DNA of 64,000 bases from a bacterium (lineage in GTDB: Bacteria > Patescibacteriota > Minisyncoccia > Phycocordibacterales > Phycocordibacteraceae): contig JAJZTG010000002.1 in the NCBI GenBank assembly GCA_021849125.1, positions 12,573-76,572 on the forward strand. Direction: 5' to 3'. Position numbers and translations under genes: made by a program. The notes beneath the pieces were generated by a model that was given only the letters and a program-made list of their open reading frames with translations, was not told where the DNA came from and ran no database searches. How positions within the stretch are numbered: the stretch's first letter is position 1; the number at the start of each line of letters is the position of its first letter. Positions 59,955 through 64,000 of this stretch are shown here, one piece after another.

Positions 59955-60374
59955 TTATTCGCCGCGGTCCATCGCTTGGTTTGCGAGGGCGTCAGCATCG
60001 GAGTTTTGCGCGCGCGGTACATGTGCGAAGGAGATAAGACCGAACGGTGCCGCGAGTTCTTTTACTCGCGCAGCTTGTGTCTGCATGTCCGGGTGCTTGA
60101 TCTTGTAGATACCGTTCATCTGCTTCACCACAAGCTCGCTGTCCATCTTTACCATGACGGCCGTATCGGCAAGCTTGCCTTGAGCTAGCTCGTGCACTTT
60201 CTGAAGCCCGAGAATGACCGCTTCGTATTCAGCATAATTGTTCGTACGAACTCCAAGATACTCGGATACTGCAGCGACGATATTGCCGAGTTCATCACGG
60301 ACGACTGCACCGGAACCTGCGGGGCCAGGATTACCGCGCGCGCCGCCGTCGGCATGGATGGTGTACGTAGTCAT
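59955..60374 (-). CDS. rnhA: ribonuclease HI
   Basis: MTTYTIHADGGARGNPGPAGSGAVV...NNYAEYEA...QNSDADALAN (DEDD catalytic residues). Confidence 0.85.
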   Translation of the reverse strand: MTTYTIHADGGARGNPGPAGSGAVVRDELGNIVAAVSEYLGVRTNNYAEYEAVILGLQKVHELAQGKLADTAVMVKMDSELVVKQMNGIYKIKHPDMQTQAARVKELAAPFGLISFAHVPRAQNSDADALANQAMDRGE

Positions 60375-60394
60375 AGGGGCAGTATACCGTGCAC

Positions 60395-60498
60395 AGCAGT
60401 AAAAGCATTTTTGGGAGCGCTTTGCTCAAACCCTTCGCGCCTTACGGCACTCAAGGATGTCGCGGTGCTAACCTACTCCCAAAAATGCTTTTGCTGCT
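60395..60498. repeat. 23-bp near-perfect inverted repeat (22/23) separated by 58 nt, between recJ and rnhA
   Basis: agcagtaaaagcatttttgggag (60395-60417) pairs with ctcccaaaaatgcttttgctgct (60476-60498). Confidence 0.55.
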
Positions 60499-60505
60499 TC
60501 ACTTG

Positions 60506-62218
60506 TTACGCCATGCGGATGTCGAGCAAGCGGAAACGGATCGGGTTCCCGCGTGAAAAGGTGTCACGCTCGAGATGCACGAGCGCGTGCACGAGCGCAC
60601 CGGCGGCAAGAGCGTCAGCTGTCCGCGCGAGGGCGCCTTTCGCGAAGAAGGTGACCGCCTCGATCGCGCGCGCGTCCCCTAAGGAAAGTTTCAAGTGCTC
60701 CTCCCCTTTTCCGAAACGTGAAATAGCGCGCACGGGAACTTCACGGAGCAGAAACACGGGCTTCGGATTCTCGATACCGAACGGAGCGAGGTGTTGCACC
60801 TTCGCGTAGAACGCATCCGTCACATCGGTCATCGCGATATCCGCGTCAGCATGAGCACTCAAGTCTTCGTCGAGCGTTTGATCGAGCTTAGCGAGCGCCT
60901 CGACGAGGCGTTCTTCAAGGAAGAAGACAGCGTCGTTCTTCACGGTGAAACCGCCTGCAGCAGCGTGTCCGCCAAAATCCTCGAAAGTGTCTTCAGTCGC
61001 GCGCATGAGTTCGAGCGCGTGCGTCTTGCCGCCGCTTCGCATCGAACCCTTGAGACGCATGTTTCCCTCTCTCCCCCACAAGAAGACAGGACGTTCGAAT
61101 TCGTCGGCGATGTTTCCCGCAACGAGACCGAGCAGTGCCGGACGCCACTCGGGGTCGCCGAGCGCGATGACGCTCGGCATGCTTTCACGTTCTTTGAGAC
61201 GTGCATGCACTGCACGAGTGATCGCACCGGCTTCCGCTTTTCGTTTCCGGTTAGCGCTCTCGAGCTTCTTCGCGAGAGTGTCGGCGAGACTCTCGTCATC
61301 GGTTGCAAGGAGGTCGAACGCATCGCGCGCATCACCCATACGGCTCGCCGCATTTATGCGCGGTGCGATCATGAAACCGATGTCGTCCTCGGTAAGTGAG
61401 CGCTGATCGGTGCGCATAATCCGCAATAGTTTTTGAAGGCCGATGCGCGGCGATTTCCGCAAGACGAGGAGTCCGTAGGTAGCAAGCACGCGGTTCTCGC
61501 CGATAAGCGGTACCATATCCGCGACGGTCGCGGTCGCGACCATATCGAGGAGCCACTTCTCCCATCCGAGCGGGATACGTTCTCGAAGTGAAGGTTCGGT
61601 GGCAAGAGTAGCGACAACAAGTTTCCATGCGACGCCTGCGCCACAGAGCTCATGAAACGGATACGGTTCATCGGCGCGTGCGTGCGGGTTCACCACGGCG
61701 AACGCATCCGGCAGTGAAGCGCCTGGCAGGTGATGGTCGGTGACGATGACATCGATACCGAGCTCTTTCGCGTGAGCTACCGGTTCAAGATCGGTAATGC
61801 CTGAGTCAACCGTAACGATGAGCGTGACGCCACGTTTCGCGAGAGCCCCGATACCATCCTTGTTCATGCCATACCCTTCAAGGTGTCGATGCGGGATGTA
61901 GTTCTCGAAATTCGCCTCTGCTTTTTTCAAGAAATCGTGAAGGAGCACGCCGCCGGGGATGCCATCAGAATCGTAGTCACTCCACACCGCGATCTTCTCT
62001 TTTGTGAGGATCGCGTCAGCGAGACGTCGTGCCGCCCTCGGCATATCGGTCATCAAAAGAGGATCGTGTACGTGTTCGTCATACGAAGGGCTCAAGAACG
62101 CTTTCGCCGAATCCTTCGAAGTGATGCCGCGCCGAGCGAGGAGTGCCGCCGTAAGGTCGTCGTACGCCGCGAGCTCTTCGCGAAGTTTCTCATCAAGCGG
62201 TTCATGGAGCGGGAACAT
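60506..62218 (-). CDS. recJ: single-stranded-DNA-specific exonuclease RecJ
   Basis: DHH motifs (DYDSDGI, VTVDSGI, VIVTDHH) and a DHHA1 domain. Confidence 0.85.
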   Translation of the reverse strand: MFPLHEPLDEKLREELAAYDDLTAALLARRGITSKDSAKAFLSPSYDEHVHDPLLMTDMPRAARRLADAILTKEKIAVWSDYDSDGIPGGVLLHDFLKKAEANFENYIPHRHLEGYGMNKDGIGALAKRGVTLIVTVDSGITDLEPVAHAKELGIDVIVTDHHLPGASLPDAFAVVNPHARADEPYPFHELCGAGVAWKLVVATLATEPSLRERIPLGWEKWLLDMVATATVADMVPLIGENRVLATYGLLVLRKSPRIGLQKLLRIMRTDQRSLTEDDIGFMIAPRINAASRMGDARDAFDLLATDDESLADTLAKKLESANRKRKAEAGAITRAVHARLKERESMPSVIALGDPEWRPALLGLVAGNIADEFERPVFLWGREGNMRLKGSMRSGGKTHALELMRATEDTFEDFGGHAAAGGFTVKNDAVFFLEERLVEALAKLDQTLDEDLSAHADADIAMTDVTDAFYAKVQHLAPFGIENPKPVFLLREVPVRAISRFGKGEEHLKLSLGDARAIEAVTFFAKGALARTADALAAGALVHALVHLERDTFSRGNPIRFRLLDIRMA

Positions 62219-62366
62219 GTCGCCTGATTGTATCAGGAAGCGCGTAGGGTATCATGCAGATATGAATAACCACACGGACCCCGATCGGAAGTTCACCTTT
62301 ACCGCATAGTTTTTGTGCGGCAACGTGCGAACTCGCCTGCGGCTCCCTTCTGCTATCATTGAATCC

Positions 62367-62795
62367 ATGACAGAAACTTCCCACGGGGCAGGCTGCGTTT
62401 TCTGCAAAATCGTCGCAGGCGACATCCCGGCGCACAAAGTGTATGAGGATGACGAGACCATCGCGTTTCTTGACGCATATCCGGTGTCCTCCGGACACAC
62501 GCTCGTCGTTCCCAAGAAACCGGTGGAGAATATCTTCGATACCGATGAAACGACGCTCGATGCGGTGATGCGTACGGTGCGGAAGGTGGCTCCTGCGGTA
62601 CGTGATGCGGTCGGCGCGCGCGGTGTGCACATCAATTCGAACCATGGTGCGACAGCCGGTCAGATTGTCCCGCATCTCCACTTCCATATCGTCCCGCGTC
62701 ACGAGCGCAGCGAGTTCTCCTTCTGGCCGCAACATGAAATCGACACTTCTGATGCGGAGGCGATCGCCGAGAAAGTCCGTATGCACCTGAAATAA
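62367..62795 (+). CDS. HIT (histidine triad) family protein
   Basis: CVFCKI...HLHFHIVPR histidine triad. The start is the internal Met. Confidence 0.75.
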   Translation: MTETSHGAGCVFCKIVAGDIPAHKVYEDDETIAFLDAYPVSSGHTLVVPKKPVENIFDTDETTLDAVMRTVRKVAPAVRDAVGARGVHINSNHGATAGQIVPHLHFHIVPRHERSEFSFWPQHEIDTSDAEAIAEKVRMHLK

Positions 62796-62799
62796 GAAA

Positions 62800-62820
62800 G
62801 CCGGCGCATAAAGCGCCGGC
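62800..62820. terminator. GC hairpin gccggcgc ataaa gcgccggc (terminator for the - strand membrane gene, and for HIT)
   Basis: 8-bp GC stem. T-rich flank on the - strand. Confidence 0.5.
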
Positions 62821-62832
62821 CGAGAACCTCAA

Positions 62833-63288
62833 TCACGTATCCGATGTGCTTGATGTCGGCTCGAAGGAAGAGCTGCCCAGAACAGCTAGCGAGGCTAAAA
62901 GCTCAGGGATGAGGCCGATGATGAGTAGCAGTTTCCACCAACTCGTCCAGACGCCGCTACTGTTTCCACAGAATGGTGCAGTACATGCGCCGAAAACGAA
63001 AGCGAACAGGATCATCGCCACGCCAGCCCAGAAGAATGTGCTTGGCAATGCGATAAGCATCTGTTCGTTCTCGAAAAACGTCTGATAGGCATCCGCGGAG
63101 AAGATCCAGACGAGGACCATGCCAAAGATGAAAGCAAAGAAGGTGACGATGATGAGGGGAATGTACCACTCATGTTGCACCATAGGACCGCCTACCGCGT
63201 AGCCGTGCCAGATACTGCCTACCCACATCGCGCACCACGAAAGCGCGACAGCCGTGAGAAGTGAGAATAACCAATACATAGCAACCAT
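62833..63288 (-). CDS. hypothetical polytopic membrane protein (~151 aa)
   Basis: GGAGG RBS before ATG at 63286-63288. Four hydrophobic helices. The track ORF is over-extended upstream. Confidence 0.45.
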   Translation of the reverse strand: MVAMYWLFSLLTAVALSWCAMWVGSIWHGYAVGGPMVQHEWYIPLIIVTFFAFIFGMVLVWIFSADAYQTFFENEQMLIALPSTFFWAGVAMILFAFVFGACTAPFCGNSSGVWTSWWKLLLIIGLIPELLASLAVLGSSSFEPTSSTSDT

Positions 63289-63346
63289 GACTGACCTCCA
63301 GTGAACACGGACGCTCAGGATGAGCGTCCTTCTTCCGAAAAATACT

Positions 63347-64000
63347 CTACGATGAGAGATGCGTGTTGTCGAGCGCGTCGATGCCGGGCAGCGAGCCGTC
63401 GGCAAGGAAATCGAGCATCGCTCCCCCGCCGGTAGAGACGAACGAGAATTTCGGCAGGAGGCCGAGGCTTTCGATCGAAGCGACGGTATCGCCACCGCCC
63501 ACGACCGAACGAGCGCCGGATTTCGCGACAGCGCGTGCAAAGGCGTCGGTGCCAGACACGAAACCGTTTTCATAATTGCCGAGCGGGCCATTCCAGAGGA
63601 TCGTCTTCGCGTCCTTGGCGAGTGACGTGAGAAGCGCTTCCGTTGCGGGCCCATGGTCAAGGATGGATTCATCCGGACGGACGCCTTCGACCGACACTAC
63701 GCGCGCTTTCGTCTGTTGCTCGGGCGTACCGATCACGCTTGCCGGCACCACGACGACATCAAGTGGCAATACCAGTTTCTCATCTGCAAGGAGCGCCTGT
63801 ATGCCGCTCGTATCGCCAGCTGAAACAAGCGACTTCCCCACCTCATGCCCTTTCGCTTTCAGAAAATCGTTCGCAAGCGCGCCGCCGACGAAGAGTTTGT
63901 CATAGGTCGAAAGCAGCAAGGAAAGCAAACCTTCTTTCGTGCTGAATTTCGCACCGCCGATGACCGCGAGGGAAGGGTGCTTCGGCTTGAGGGCTAGACG
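63347..64000 (-). CDS. pgk: phosphoglycerate kinase, partial (N-terminus beyond window end)
   Basis: AVIGGAKFSTKEGLLSLLSTYDKLFVGGALANDFL...GPLGNYENGFVSGT...GGGDT. The same frame stays open to position 64000. Confidence 0.85.
   Translation of the reverse strand, partial: RLALKPKHPSLAVIGGAKFSTKEGLLSLLLSTYDKLFVGGALANDFLKAKGHEVGKSLVSAGDTSGIQALLADEKLVLPLDVVVVPASVIGTPEQQTKARVVSVEGVRPDESILDHGPATEALLTSLAKDAKTILWNGPLGNYENGFVSGTDAFARAVAKSGARSVVGGGDTVASIESLGLLPKFSFVSTGGGAMLDFLADGSLPGIDALDNTHLSS

Noticed and set aside
1-64000. CRISPR arrays, IS elements or transposases
   Set aside because: No regularly spaced direct repeats and no transposase or integrase-like ORFs were seen anywhere in the window.

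Overview
This 64 kb window is a gene-dense, high-GC (~58-60%) chromosomal segment from a small-genome bacterium (possibly Patescibacteria/CPR-like; low confidence). It spans the replication origin: rpmH-rnpA-yidC on the + strand diverging from dnaA-dnaN on the - strand, with DnaA boxes and an AT-rich element between dnaA and dnaN.

Most of the content is core information-processing genes:
- Aminoacyl-tRNA synthetases: metG, class-II glyS, type-2 ileS and argS.
- Ribosomal protein and translation genes: rpsF-ssb-rpsR, secE-nusG-rplK, rplS, rpsT, rpmB and rpmH.
- DNA replication and repair genes: polA, holA, dnaN, dnaA, recO, recJ, rnhA, ruvA, ruvB, ruvC and ruvX.
- A dTTP module: dcd-like, tmk and thyA.
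- Eleven tRNA genes.

Accessory and envelope content:
- A type IV pilus set: pilB and a pilM-N-O operon.
- A ComEC DNA-uptake channel that appears split, with sodA lying in the gap.
- A compact type-IV-secretion-like operon (VirB3-like, VirB4 interrupted by one in-frame stop, a pilin-like protein and secreted/membrane proteins) immediately next to the origin.
- PBP1A, uppS, a Mur-family ligase, an alternative-oxidase-like di-iron protein, zwf and a partial pgk.

The most unusual single observation is a ~190-aa histidine-phosphatase (PGAM-fold, RHG...H) domain inserted in-frame into the catalytic core of IleS. Other notable points are tRNA-His-derived att-like repeat scars, a self-contained promoter-RBS-37-aa-membrane-peptide-terminator unit, a tRNA-Arg with anticodon GCG, and two long inverted repeats in intergenic regions.

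All calls are from reading the sequence and ORF translations by eye. No database searches were run.
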